From the NCBI GenBank assembly GCA_951406725.2, contig OX597822.1:103292001-103356000 (forward strand): a stretch of 64,000 nucleotides of DNA, given 5' to 3'. Position numbers and translations under genes: made by a program. Positions 26,365 through 39,317 of this stretch are shown piece after piece. Origin of the DNA: Octopus vulgaris. Lineage: Eukaryota. The notes under the pieces were generated by a model. The model searched no databases. It saw only the letters and a program-made list of their open reading frames with translations, and was not told where the DNA came from. How positions within the stretch are numbered: position 1 is the stretch's first letter; each line of letters starts with the position of its first letter.

Positions 26365-26779
26365 GGTATTATTACACACATGTGAGTGAGAACACTTTGA
26401 GATATTTTTGGTATCTAACATATGTCAGATACTGCTAGCGCTGCTTCTGATTGGTCAATCCATGGTGATGACCCGAGGTCACGGTGACAGCGCTGCTTCT
26501 GATTGGTCAATCCATGGTGATGACCCGAGATCACGGTGACGGCACTACTTTTGTCATTCATAAGTTACAACTAAACGTGAAGAATTTAGTTATTGGGTTA
26601 ATAAAATATGGTCGTTTATTCGTGTGTAATAAATAAAATACCAAACTCATTCCCTATGGATACCGTATTTATTACAACTGTGGCTTGTAAACGTATCTAA
26701 CGAGCGAAAGCGAGTTAGATACGTTTACAAGCCACTCGTTGTAATAAATACGGTATCCATAGGGAATGAGTTTGGTATT
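26365..26779. mobile_element. Palindrome-containing non-autonomous element (possibly Crypton-like)
   Basis: 52-bp tandem duplication at 26437-26540 containing CTGATTGG. Hairpin with ~65-bp arms at 26637-26779 capped by GAGCGAAAGCGA. Confidence 0.55.
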
Positions 26780-27672
26780 CTCTATTTAGTCCACATGGCA
26801 AAATTCAGAGCAAAGAAAGGGACAAGATATTTGTGCACATGTGTTTTCTAAATATAGAATATAAAGAGATTTTAAAAATTTTTTATGGAAATGGTTAGGG
26901 TATGAAGCACTGTTTAGTAAAATAACTGTGGTGTTCCAATAGAAATTCAATAGAAATTGGATATCAAGAGAAAATAGAAGAAATAAAATAGGAGATTTAG
27001 AATTAAATGCCAAGAGAAAGTAATAACGATGAGAAATTTGGTATTTGAGGGAACTCTAAAGGAAGAACTGTTGTGGCATTGATTTGGTAGCCACAGAAAA
27101 TAACACGGTGTAATAAAATTAATATTTTTTCTTTGGCTGGTAAATGTTATTTACTAGTTTGCTTCAATCTAAAAGTCACAGGAAATGACTACTATTCCAT
27201 TCAGACTTTGCTTTTATGACCTGGACATCAATGCTTTGAAACTGACCTGTTTTCAATTACATTTTCGATAGATTCATCAATGAGTCGCTGAAGCTGAAAT
27301 ATCGCTATAGCAAATATTCTGCTCAATACCGGATATTTGCTTGTCAATTGCTTGACCTGAACTAGTTGATCATGTCCCTTAGTAGCTGACAATATGTGTA
27401 TCCCTGATCATGAGCAGGAGTAATAGGGAAGCGTCATAGCCATGTGTTGAGAGGGATTGTTTGGGGTTTGGATAAAAGAAAAGCAAAGTTTGAAGGAAAT
27501 GTTAGACATTTTTCATACTTTCTAGGGGCAAGCAAATGGGAAATAGCAGTTGTTACCGAAGGTCCAAAATCGTATTACTCAGTGTAATTTCTGTTGTAAT
27601 GAAAAGTATCTAAAATTTAAAGGGCTGATTGTATTTCGTAAAATGTATCTATTACCCCGAGTTTAAACTGAT

Positions 27673-28057
27673 ACTCTCTTTCTCTTTTACTCTTTTACTT
27701 GTTTCAGTCATTTGACTGTGGCCATGCTGGAGCACCGCCTTTAATCGAGCAACTCGACCCCAGTACTTATTCTATCGGTCTCTTTTGCCGAACCTTTAGG
27801 TGACGGAGACATAAACACACCAGCATCGGTTGTCAAGCCATGCTAGGGGGACAAACACAGACACACAAACACACACACACACACGCGCGCGCATATATAT
27901 ATATATATATACATATATACGACGGGCTTCTTTCAGTTTCCGTCTACCAAATCCACTCACAAGGCTTTGGTCGGCCCAAGGTGCCATGCAGTGGGACTGA
28001 ACCCGGAACCATGTGGTTGGTAAGCAAGCTACTTACCACACAGCCACTCCTGCGCCT
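27673..28057 (-). mobile_element. SINE family B
   Basis: Homology to other B copies, with two internal deletions. Confidence 0.9.
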
Positions 28058-28119
28058 GATATTAAACAAAATAAAATAGTCTACACAACTATAAATAACG
28101 GAAGTCCAAATAAAGATAT

Positions 28120-28494
28120 GATGTTGTAAAGGATAGGTCAGTGTCGTCAGGCTACAAGACAGGTCGTTGACACGACACACATTCTGTACTTATCTAATGC
28201 ATTCTGTTTCATTATGCTTTTGATAGTCTCCAGTGGGAATGTTTTGGTCCTCTTCCTCAAACAAGATGTTTTTAGTCTCATCTATAAGTCCAGAGTTTCT
28301 CACTCAGCGCTGTAATTTTTCTTTGCTTCTACACTGCCTTTTTTTTCTCAGGTATCAGTCATGTGCGGGGAGTACTCTTCCATTGTTGTAACATGGTTTT
28401 CTGTAGCTTCATTTTCAGTTGAGTTAAAAAAAAAAAAATTATCATTTCCCAATTTTTTGGGTTTGACAAATACATATAACTTTTGGTTTGACAA

Positions 28495-28562
<68 letters not shown>

Positions 28563-29270
28563 GACTAAAACAGCTAAAGTATTGATGCCATTCTTTCTTA
28601 TTTTGCATTTAACTCTGTTTCTTCTTTCTCCTCACGTTACCCTCAAGTTTTTTTAAGTTATATCCCTTAATGACAAAAAACCAAACAAACAAACAAACAA
28701 ACAAAACACCCCAAACCAAACTTTTTCTTCCGCTTTACTTGTTTTTGGTAGCTATTTGTATTAGTTTTCCATTGTTCTTTACAATATATATCTTACTGTT
28801 ATTATTTATTCTTGGTTTTCTAGTTCCAGAGGGTTCCTACATTCCTATATTCATGGTAAAAATAATCTTCAAATGAAGTCATTAGTTTTCTTTCTTTTTC
28901 CTCTCTCTACTCTTGCAATTTGTTGTGCATCTAGTTAAGATTATCAGAAATACCATTTTATTTTACAAGAACAGCTAGAGTACTGATACATATTACTACT
29001 TTATTTGAAAGTTTGCTGTTTTAAGTATTACTATAATGCGTCTGTAATATTCTCTCCTAAACTTTTCTTTCACGTGTGTATTGTTCAATGTCTTATTCAC
29101 TGATTCCACTGTTTAGATCTAATTTTCTTGCATCAATCTCTTTATCTAACATCTACTGGGCCTTCACTTCTTTCTCTGCAATTGTGTTATCGAATGTATT
29201 TGATAAGAATTTTATATCGATTTTTCTGTGTAGCAATGTGTCTAGTTGTTTGACATCTACCGTGTACATT
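28120..29270 (-). mobile_element. Highly degenerate R4/Dong-like LINE
   Basis: HVKEKFRREYYRRI...KT and SGLIDETKNILFEEEDQNIPTGDYQKH, compared with SGLKAETEGFLIAAQDQSLSTRNYQKH at 11.2 kb. Confidence 0.55.
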
Positions 29271-29585
29271 TATTGTCCGTATAAAAAGGACGGTTAGTTG
29301 TATCCGAATGCAAACTAATTTACCAAATTGTTTGTCGTCTCTGTGTTTAGCCCCTTGTGGGTGATAAAGAAATAGGTACATAATACCAAGTCATCCTCGC
29401 ATTTTATGTATCCTCTCTGATATCATTGGAGTTAAGGCTTTGTAAGCCGTAGAAGGGTAGATTATGGGTCTATAATGTTTAGGGTTTGTTTTTCCCTTCG
29501 TCTTGGAAGCTGATAATTTATGTACTTATTTGGATTCGAAGACTTATTCAACCCATTAAAGCAGGGAGACAAGGAGAGAGAAAGC

Positions 29586-29637
<52 letters not shown>

Positions 29638-29959
29638 AAGAGAATGAGTAAAAAAAAAGACTAATAACTGGGGAAAATGAAGACAAATTCTGGTTTCAGC
29701 AAGTCGAAATATTTTTGTGTGATTCATAGCGAAATTGTGTAGGCGTTGGTATAATATGCAGACTTCCATGCGTTGCACAACTGCATCTTGTTCAATCCTG
29801 AAACATTTACCAACTTAAACCAACGATATTGGGATGAAGAGTTCTCTTTTTTGAAGTGTTCTTCAGCTTTAGAATTTATTTCTGTCAGAGTGACGTAGAC
29901 GCCTGTGACGAGAAACCAATATAGATTCGAAAATCGATTAAGATTCTTCATCGTTTTTC

Positions 29960-30342
29960 TTTGGCATTGAAAGCTACACCAATGCCAGAACGGGACGACA
30001 CTGCATAGTGCCAAAGGTCCCAGCAATGCCATCGCGCTTCGGGATCAGTTACTGCAACAGCCTGGGTTTCAAGGCCCACAGCTTTTTAATATTCTCCCAA
30101 AGAGTCTGAGGAACTTGCACAAAGTAGATGTAGGGGTTTTTAAATCAAAGCTGGACCTCTTCCTGTCGAGAGTCCCAGATGAATCTGCCTCACGGCAAGA
30201 GGTGCAAATAAGGGTAGCTATATCAAACTCCGTTCTTCACCAAGTGCCACATATTAGAGGAGACTCTTAGTAATAACAGTGTAGCAAAACGGTGGTGCAT
30301 CCGCATGGCCACAGCTCTGAGCTGAAACTAGAGAAAAAAAAA
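29960..30342 (+). mobile_element. CR1/L2-group LINE 3' end with poly(A)
   Basis: RTGRHCIVP...YCNSLGF/GPQLFNILPKSLRNL...FKSKLDLFLSRVPDE, then a short 3' UTR and A-tail. Confidence 0.85.
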
Positions 30343-31134
30343 GGTCTGGGTATGACTTTAAACTGCATTCGGCACTGGGAATCTGGATCGGGAATTTAAG
30401 GGTTTTGAGGAGTGCGAAACCACCTCTTAGCCATTGTCATTCTCAGATCTATTCTGACCCAGAGTCTCAGCTATGAGCTGGTTAATTAGCATGTAAATAG
30501 AAACCAGCTGTGAATACGGGAATAAACAGTCCCAGACCAAATCACGTAACCATCTGAGCTAGGGTTACGTTGAAACCATGGGATGCAGCAAGGTAGATTT
30601 GAATTATTTCATTCATTGGCAAATATCACTTGATGCTAAGCGGACGAACAACCAACAGACTGTCGACGGCCAGGATGAACCATTTCAGTTTGCGTTAGTT
30701 TTAGTTTTGGGGTTAGTTTTCATCTGTAGTCATGGCATACGCGGATGAGACATTCAGCTTGCGAAAGACCAATATGACTTGTTGGTTCGGGCAAGTCTCC
30801 CGACCGGATGGTGGTGGTTGTGGTGGTGATGATGATGGGTGATGAGGATGACTCTTACATTATTTGCTCTGAGCTTCATATCATTTATGTATCGTTATCG
30901 TACGTAGATGTTAAGCTGGAGCGAAAGAATAAAAAAAAAAAAAGAATTTTTTTCGCGAAAGACGAAACCTTCCAAAAACGATCCTGTCAAACAAAGCACA
31001 AAACTTTACTTTACTAGTGCAGGTATTTTATTTTTTCATCTCTGTCATTCTTTTTAAGTGTAAAGGGTTACTCACGTATGATTTTAGAAATGCACGCATC
31101 AATCATCGTTGCAGGAAGTTATGTAGAGAGAAAT

Positions 31135-31352
31135 AATATTGGTTTCGAAATTTGGCACAAGACCAGTAATTTCGGGGGAGGGGAAAGCGGATTACATCAA
31201 CTCCAGTGATCAGCTGTACTATTTTTATCGATTCCGAAAGGATGACAGGCAAAGTCAACCTCGACGGAATTTGAACTAAAAACGTAAAGACGGACGAAAT
31301 GCCGTTAAGCACTTCGCCCTGTGCGGTAACGATTCTGCCAGCTTGCCGCCTT
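31135..31352 (-). mobile_element. SINE family A, tail A2
   Basis: Homology to 7605-7825. Confidence 0.8.
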
Positions 31353-31380
31353 AGATAGATAGATAGGTAGATGAAGAGAG

Positions 31381-31768
31381 GTGGAGGCGCAATGGCCCAG
31401 TGGTTAGGGCAGCGGACTCGCGGTCATAGGATCGCGGTTTCGATTCCCAGACCGGGCGTTGTGAGTGTTTATTGAGCGAAAACACCTAAAGCTCCACGAG
31501 GCTCCGGCAGGGAGTGGTGGCGATCCCTGCTGTACTCTTTCACCACAACTTTCTCTCACTCTTACTTCCTGTTTCTGTTGTACCTGTATTTCAAAGGGCC
31601 GGCCTTGTCACTCTCTGTGTCACGCTGAATATCCCCGAGAACTACGTTAAGGGTACACGTGTCTGTGGACTGCTCAGCCACTTACACGTTAATTTCACGA
31701 GCAGGCTGTTCCGTTGATTCGGATCAACCGGAACCCTCGTCGTCGCAACCGACGGAGTGCTTCCATCC
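31381..31768 (+). mobile_element. SINE family C, tail C2, full length with TSD
   Basis: TSD AGATGAAGAGAG at 31369-31380 and 31769-31780. Confidence 0.95.
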
Positions 31769-32042
31769 AGATGAAGAGAGAAAGAGAGAGAGAGAGAGAG
31801 GGGGAAAGAGAGAAAAAGAGTAAGAGAGGGAGGAAGAGAAAGCGAGAGATAGAGAGAGAGAATATTGTTTGACTGATTCATCGGAATGACTTCCCAGCAT
31901 TCTCTTACCTGTTTGTCACGTGATTATAAGTTACGTGGAATACTACAAGACTCAAAGCAAAGATGAATTCTTAATTAGAAAAACTGGTGTTGATCATCCA
32001 GTCTCTACGGGTTCTCATCTTTGTTGTCTTTTATTACCATTA

Positions 32043-32437
32043 GGCGCAGGAGTGGCTGTGTGGTAAGTAGTTTGCTTACCAACCACATGGTTCCTGGTTC
32101 AGTCCCACTGCGTGGCACCATGGGCAAGTGTCTTCTGCTATAGCCTCGGGCCGACCAAAGCCTTGTGAGTGGATTTGGTTGACGGAAACTGAAAGAAGCC
32201 CGTCGTATATATGTATATATATATATATATATATGTCTGTGTGTGTGTTTGTCCCCCCAAAATCGCTTGACAACCGGTGCTGGTGTGTTTACGTAACTTA
32301 GCGGTTTGGTAAAAGAGACCGATAGAATAAGTAATAGGCTTACAAAGAATAAGTACTGGGGTCGATTTGCTCGACTAAAGGCGGTGCTCCAGCATGGCCG
32401 CAGTCAAATGACTGAAACAAGTAAAAGATGTAAAAGA
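32043..32437 (+). mobile_element. SINE family B, full length
   Basis: tRNA-like head with A/B boxes, internal (TA)(TG) tract and conserved tail. Confidence 0.92.
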
Positions 32438-33911
32438 TTCTAATTCGCTTTACCGTGCATCGAACTGTTCTGATATGTTGACTTCGGTGAGATTTGAAAC
32501 CAGAGAGCAGAGATCTGAAACAAATACAGCTTTCATGACTTTACCAGCATGGCACCTTATCAGTCCCAACAGTTTTATATTTAAACAAAATATTTTTAGC
32601 AAACAGAAGAAATGTTGGGAATACTATCATCTGCTGATCTCTTGTCTTATATCTATTTTAAATTATCAGAATGGCGCCTATCATTTTCTCTTTATCTATT
32701 TCGTTCTTTCTATCACTCTCTCTTCTTCTTCTTCTACCTTTCATTCTCTCTTTTTTTTCTTTTCATTCCCTCCCCCTGTATTCGACTAAGTCGTGCTTAA
32801 CATTTCTAAAGATTTTAAGACAGGCTACCAATTAGCTATTAACTGTATTGTACTGACAAATATAATGTATTGATAATGTAATTGTATTTGTAACAAAGCA
32901 GCACAATTTTAAGTGTTAAAACGACTGAATTATGAAAAATGGAAGACAGTCATTCTTTAAATATATTTAAATATATTTTAAATATATTTTTTATTTTCAT
33001 AAACAATTAATCTCTTATTTATAATTCTAAAGATTATGTATAACGTCCTATAAAAATTAAAGATATCTGGAAGGCATTATTAATTTGTCAGGCAGGGTAA
33101 AGCCAGGGTGAATATATTAGTAAATTAATAAAATACGAAAGAAACTGGTGGAGTTTTGTGTCAGTATTTAATCACACAAAAGTGAAAAAAAAAAAAAAAA
33201 TGCAATGAATTTTATGCCGTGAAGAAGAAGAGGCGCCTGACATATCGGTTGGAATTGAAAATAGCATAAAAATAAATGGTTGCTAGAATTAATGATTCTG
33301 CATGTATGTCAGTATCCTATATCGGTTATATTACTTAATCTCCTCGATAAACATCTTTCTCGCATTTATTTAAGAGTTTAATTTCGAGTGAGATGAATTA
33401 CTTGTATAGTGTTTCATTTTATTCTGAATATTTCTACATTTTTGATTCTCACAAAACGTAATCTTCGATATTGATTCCTCAGTGTCTAATAGAGGATACC
33501 TAAGACACTGTAGTTGAGAGCGAATCGAATAATTCACGAAAGAATATATCGATTTCTTACATAGGCTCCAGATGACCGATTTTGTACGCGAATGGACTGA
33601 GGTTGGGCAATTCTGAGAGTATTGTTGTTGCATAGCTTCAGGTCAGCGTAGATCAGTAGACCTTATGATTATAAGCATTCCAGCCTTGACAGTCACAAAT
33701 GTATACAGAGACGCAATGACCGCATATATATATAACACTTAATCCGAGGTGTCTCTCTTTTCTAAGAAGACTGCGCGAAATTTGAGGGCAATTTGGACCC
33801 CACTTCTTGTAAATTCTGTCATTAGATTGAGGTCGTGCAATGTTCAAGTGTTTGTAAGCAGCATTAGAGACTTAAGAATCCAAAGAAACTCACTTTATTC
33901 AACAAGTCTCT

Positions 33912-34223
<312 letters not shown>

Positions 34224-34409
34224 TTATATGTCTAACTGAATATATACATTATACATACAAAGTGCTGTTACAGCCGTCAGCTTCAATCTCGTGAAATAAA
34301 TTGGCAAGTTAGTAATATATATATAATAGGATAAAAATCACGTTAATGTTTTTTATCAGGTAGTGAGCATTCTAGGCAATTTATGCATTAAATTAATAAT
34401 AATATACAT

Positions 34410-35497
34410 ATGTATATAATTATATTAAGGGAGCAAGGGCGAAAATCTTGATGTGCCGAGACATGGCTAATCTTATAATATACTCGTGGCTGTCGTGAGG
34501 GGATTTAAAATTGACTTATCTTGGCTCTATAAGTGCAAATATTTGTAAGTAGACGTGTGAACTTGCTTTGGGCGGTATGTACAATTATTTGTAGTTATAT
34601 TTCCCGTGTTTTGTGTTGACGAAGGAAAAAGCTTGTTTATGGTTTTAATCCAGATATTGGAACCAATTCATAATTAACGTGAGGTCTTTTTTAATATTCT
34701 TTCACTAGCCCGCTTTCAGACATGGGTATATTTATCAGGAGTTTTTGGTAGCATTTTGAAGGTCTCGTGCTGAAGATAGGTACTTTTCGTCCTTACACCC
34801 TTAATATAATTATATACGTATGTATATTATTATTATAATATAATATAATATAATAGAATATATATATATATACACATTCATAAATGAGGGTGAAAAATTA
34901 GATATTAATTTAATAATACCATCAGTTTAACACCAAGTGGCTTAGAACATAAAAACCAGGGAGACAATACAAATTTATACATAAATATAAGAGAGTTACC
35001 GTTAAGTGGTTAACTCTAGTGCTAAAAATAGCTCCTTATTCTGGTATAGCCACCGAAGTTGTTTCCACAAAGAAATAACATTACCTTCATCGTAAGGAAA
35101 GTGAAATACAACGAAAAGATAGATTAATGCTGAACAATTGTTTCTTTATCAATATAATATGCAATTATACTCACATATTTATCTATAAATCATCATCAGC
35201 ATTTGTCTTCGATACAATTTATTAGACCCTCACGAGCGTCAAATACCCATGCGGTCCAATCGATTGCATACATGGTTGTGATTTAGGTTCCCCGCCAAAA
35301 GCATGGTAAGGCTTAGTGGAAACGAATACTGCATATAATATTTACTGCAGTATCATTAAATTTATAAATTCATAAATGAGGGTGAAAAATTAGATATTAA
35401 TTTAATAATACCATCAGTTTAACACTAGGTGGCTTAGAATAAGGAGCTATTTTTAGCACTAAAGTTAACCACTTAACGGTAACTCTCTTATATTTAT
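34410..35497. mobile_element. Rearranged repeat modules with direct and inverted copies (probably PLE termini)
   Basis: Inverted 34413-34445 vs 34785-34816, direct 34876-34932 vs 35368-35424, inverted 34981-35042 vs 35436-35497. Confidence 0.5.
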
Positions 35498-35604
35498 GTA
35501 TATATATATATATATATATACCCATTTCTATTATGCACATTATTACGTCAATTAACCGTTGAAGTTTTGAAACACCAGCAAAAAATAGCTTGGAATAGGA
35601 ACTT

Positions 35605-35995
35605 TTTTGGCACGGGGAAACTTGAAGCAAACAAATCTATAAATAACAGCTAGAAAATGTTAGATTAAAAACCCCTTCGTGTAGAAAAAGAGTCGAAGGC
35701 TGTTCGAGGGACACGAACCCATATCCTCTGTATACATGTCAGACATTCTACCATTGGAGTAAAGTAATCCTTCGAAAATTTCCTATCCATTTAGAAACCT
35801 TATCCACACCAGGAAAAACTGTATGCTGTTGACGTCATAAGAATTTATGTTGACGTCATAAGAATTTATCGTGAAATAATTATTTTTGGAACGGTGAGAC
35901 TTGGGCAGTCATCAATTCTCTTTACCTAAAGAGTGTTCTAACTCAATAGTTACCCACTATTATTTATAGCTTTATTTGCTTCAAGTTTCTCCGTA
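35605..35995. mobile_element. MITE-like element with inverted repeats and internal tRNA-like sequence
   Basis: GAAACTTGAAGCAAACAAATCTATAAATA vs TATTTATAGCTTTATTTGCTTCAAGTTTC. tRNA-like segment on - at 35696-35774. Confidence 0.55.
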
Positions 35996-36302
35996 CTACA
36001 AAAAACAAAACAAAACAAAACAAAAAACGATTGAAGTCTTAATTCTATCGACGTAAAAAAAAACCTAAGAATATATTTTTGCTTCAGTAATTTTAATTTA
36101 GTTTTGTGAAATGATATAAATGATATCACGCTATATATTCATGTCTGTCCGTCTTTAATCTTTTAATTACACGTCTGAGCTGCACAGTTCTCGGAGCGAA
36201 ATATTGTTCTGCGGTATTAGTTTTACCATGATTAAGAACTTTCTACTTCCCGAGCGCTTAACCGGTGCTCAACTGTTGTGATAGCATCTTTTCATCTGTT
36301 AG

Positions 36303-36354
<52 letters not shown>

Positions 36355-36383
36355 ACGCATGCACGCACATACATAAATTCATA

Positions 36384-36421
<38 letters not shown>

Positions 36422-36523
36422 TATAGTGATACACACATATACATACTCTCATGTATGTATGTATATATATATACATATATATGTGCATGTAGTTATTAAC
36501 TTTCTTTTCCATCCAAGTATTTA

Positions 36524-36587
<64 letters not shown>

Positions 36588-36700
36588 GTAAAGAGTGAAA
36601 AAACGACAGAAGGCTTAAATGTTAAAAAATATATATATTTGCGTCAATATGTCTGAAGAATATTAGAAAATTAAAAAAAAAAAATTTTTCCCCTTATAAT

Positions 36701-36740
<40 letters not shown>

Positions 36741-36836
36741 CGGGAAGCTTTATGAAAATAAACAAAAGACGAAGGCAGGTGGAAAACAAACGAACAATTG
36801 TATTAGTATGGCGCTCAGGAAATATAAATAAAACAA

Positions 36837-36876
36837 GTCTTTAACGTTTCGAGCCTACGCTCTTCAACAGAAAGAT
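36837..36876 (-). ncRNA. Minimal type I hammerhead-like motif (3' pLTR)
   Basis: UCUUU-CUGUUGA-A-GAGC-GUAG-GCUC-GAA-ACGU-U-AAAGA. Confidence 0.65.
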
Positions 36877-37679
36877 ACACAGAGAGAGAAAAACACAGAA
36901 AGAAGGAGAGAAAAAAATGCGTGCAGTAGCTAACGAATCAACATGGCGATCTGATTTCGGCCAGAGGTCAAAGATCAAACATGAGACGCGAGAGCGAAAT
37001 AAGGGGAGATAATAGGGTTGAGGGACCAGCTAAAAGTGCGTGGGAGGGGTCTGGATGTGTATGTATAGGGTTGGTGTATGTATTAGTATGTATAAGGGTG
37101 TGTGTGTGTGTGTGTGTGTGTATGAGAGAGTATCAGTGCGTGGGATTGGTCTGGACGTGCGTATGTATGGGGTTGGTGTATGTATTAGTATGTATTAGTA
37201 TGTATTAGTACGTATTGGTATGTATAGGTGTGTGTGTGTGTGTGTGTGTGAGAGAGTATAAGTGCGTATGCGGGGTCTGGACGTGTGTATGTATAGGGTT
37301 GGTGTAAGTATTAGTATGTACTAGTATGTATTAGTACGTATTAGTATGTATTAGTTGGTGTGTGTATTAGTATGGCACATCATATGTGATGTGATGTGTA
37401 AAGTCATGTGGTGTAGTGAGGAGAAGAGGGGGAGGGGAGAAGAGGGGGAGAAGGGGAGGGGAAGAAGAGGGGGAGGGGAGGGTGAAGAGGAGAGGATGGG
37501 GAGAAGGAAGGGGAGGAGAGGGATGAAGGAGGAAAGAGGGAGAGGGGGAGAGAGGGAGTGAGGGAGCAGAGGGAAGAGGAAGAGGGAGGGAGAAAGAGGG
37601 AAGAAGGGAAGGGGAGTAGGGGTGAAAGGATGAAGGACTGAAGAAGTGGGGGTCGGGGGGAGAAAGGATAGGTGAGGAG

Positions 37680-38690
37680 GGGGAGAGGGGGTTAGATGAG
37701 GAGGGGGGAGAGTTGAGACCAAATGGCGTATAAGAGCGAAGAGAGAAGATTAATTCCTGTTCACGGCGCAAACGGGAATCCGGATGGCCTCTGTGTAAGG
37801 ACAAACCGAACACAGATAGGTGTTGCAAGGAGTGACCGGTGGAGCGGAAATGGCGTGAGACCGGTGTGTCGTTCGCAAGGTGGATGTCACGAAGGTGTTC
37901 CGCGAACCGGTCAGCCAAGCGGCGTCCCGTTTGTCCGATGTACAAGGAATTGCAGAGAGAGCAAGAGATGCAATAGATAATATTGCTGGAGGTGCAGGTG
38001 AAGGAGTGGATGATGGGATAGGGTCGATGGTGGGTGCTAGTGAGGCGGGTGGTGTTGGAGAGGTAAGGGCAAGTGCGGCAACGTGGGCGGGAGCAGGGGA
38101 ACGAGCCGGGTTGGGAGGTAGGGTCAGGGAAGGAGCTATGGACCAAAAGGTCTCGAAGGTTGTGGGCTCGTTTGAAAGAGGAGGAGGGGTCGGTTAGGGA
38201 AGAGGTGTGAAGTGGACGGGTCGGACTGGAGACGACGGAAAGCTCGAAGAATGGTGCGTTGGAGACGTAGGGTCGTGGGGTGGTAAGTGAGGGGAAAAGG
38301 GAGGCGGGAGACTACAGGGCGGGTTCGGGGAGAGAGAGCAGATACACGGTCCACGGACCGTGCTCTGGCAAGGGCGGTGTGGATAGTGGTGAGGGGGTAT
38401 CCACGTAGGGTGAAGTGGTGAGCCATACGTTGAGACTGAGTCTCAAAGTCATGGTCGTCACTACAGAGCCTACGTAGACGGAGGAATTGGGAATAGGGGA
38501 TGGAAAGCTTGGTGTGTTCTGGGTGGGAGGAAGAGAAGTTGAGGTATGAGTGTGAGTCTGTGTGTTTGTAGTGAATGGAGGTGGTAAGAGTGGAGTCAAG
38601 AATGCTAACCGAAATGTCGAGGAAGGAGACAGAGGTGTTGGAGATAGTGGAAGTGAAGTGGAGGGCTGGATGGAAAGATTGGACGAAAGA
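37680..38690 (-). pseudogene. PLE RT thumb/linker + GIY-YIG endonuclease (frameshift near 38180)
   Basis: SFLDISV...YKHTDSHSYLNFSSSHP...SIPYSQFLRLRRLCS, CSRPRCRTC, NIIYCISCSLCNSLYIGQTGRRLADRFAEH and REQELIFSLRSYTPFGLN. Confidence 0.92.
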
Positions 38691-38786
38691 ACGGGAAGCT
38701 TTATGAAAATAAACAAAAGACGAAGGCAGGTGGAATACAAACAAACAATTGTATTAGTATGGCGCTCAGGAATATAAATAAAACAA

Positions 38787-38826
38787 GTCTTTTACGTTTC
38801 GAGCCTACGCTCTTCAACAGAAAGAT
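38787..38826 (-). ncRNA. Minimal type I hammerhead-like motif (5' pLTR)
   Basis: UCUUU-CUGUUGA-A-GAGC-GUAG-GCUC-GAA-ACGU-A-AAAGA. Confidence 0.65.
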
Positions 38827-39274
38827 ACACAGAGAAGAAACACGGAAAGAAACAAGGAGAGAAAAAAATGCGTGCAGAAGCTAGCGAATCAAATACAAAT
38901 ATTCTATAATTATAGAAATAGGAGTTAAAAATTCTTTTTCTTCTACCGTAAGTCATGTTGAGTCATGTTGAGTCATTATTTGTCTTTTTGTCTACGTAAA
39001 AAAGTGTGTTACTGCCTGGGAGATTCTTACGGTATTAGAAAAGGAATTTTTAACTCCTATTTCTAAATTTGGGATGCGGTGAAGCAATTAGCTGACCCCT
39101 AATTATAATTATGTTTATAATTATAGAATATTTGTATAATTTTACTTATAAAGGTTATTTTAACCTACCGATTTACTTGGTAAAATTATTAACTAATTGA
39201 TTGATTAATTAATTTTACCCTTTTATTATTAATTATATATATATATATATATAAGTGAAAAATGTATAAAAAAA

Positions 39275-39317
<43 letters not shown>

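Larger units (their letters stand above)
36740..38892 (-). mobile_element. Penelope-like element, 5'-truncated, bracketed by direct pseudo-LTRs
   Basis: RT C-terminus plus GIY-YIG ORF. ~200-bp direct repeats at 36740-36941 and 38691-38892. 3' end abuts (TA)n. Confidence 0.93.

Noticed and set aside
37351-37722. Proline-rich ORF extension
   Set aside because: Low-complexity polypyrimidine 3' region of the PLE, not a separate gene.
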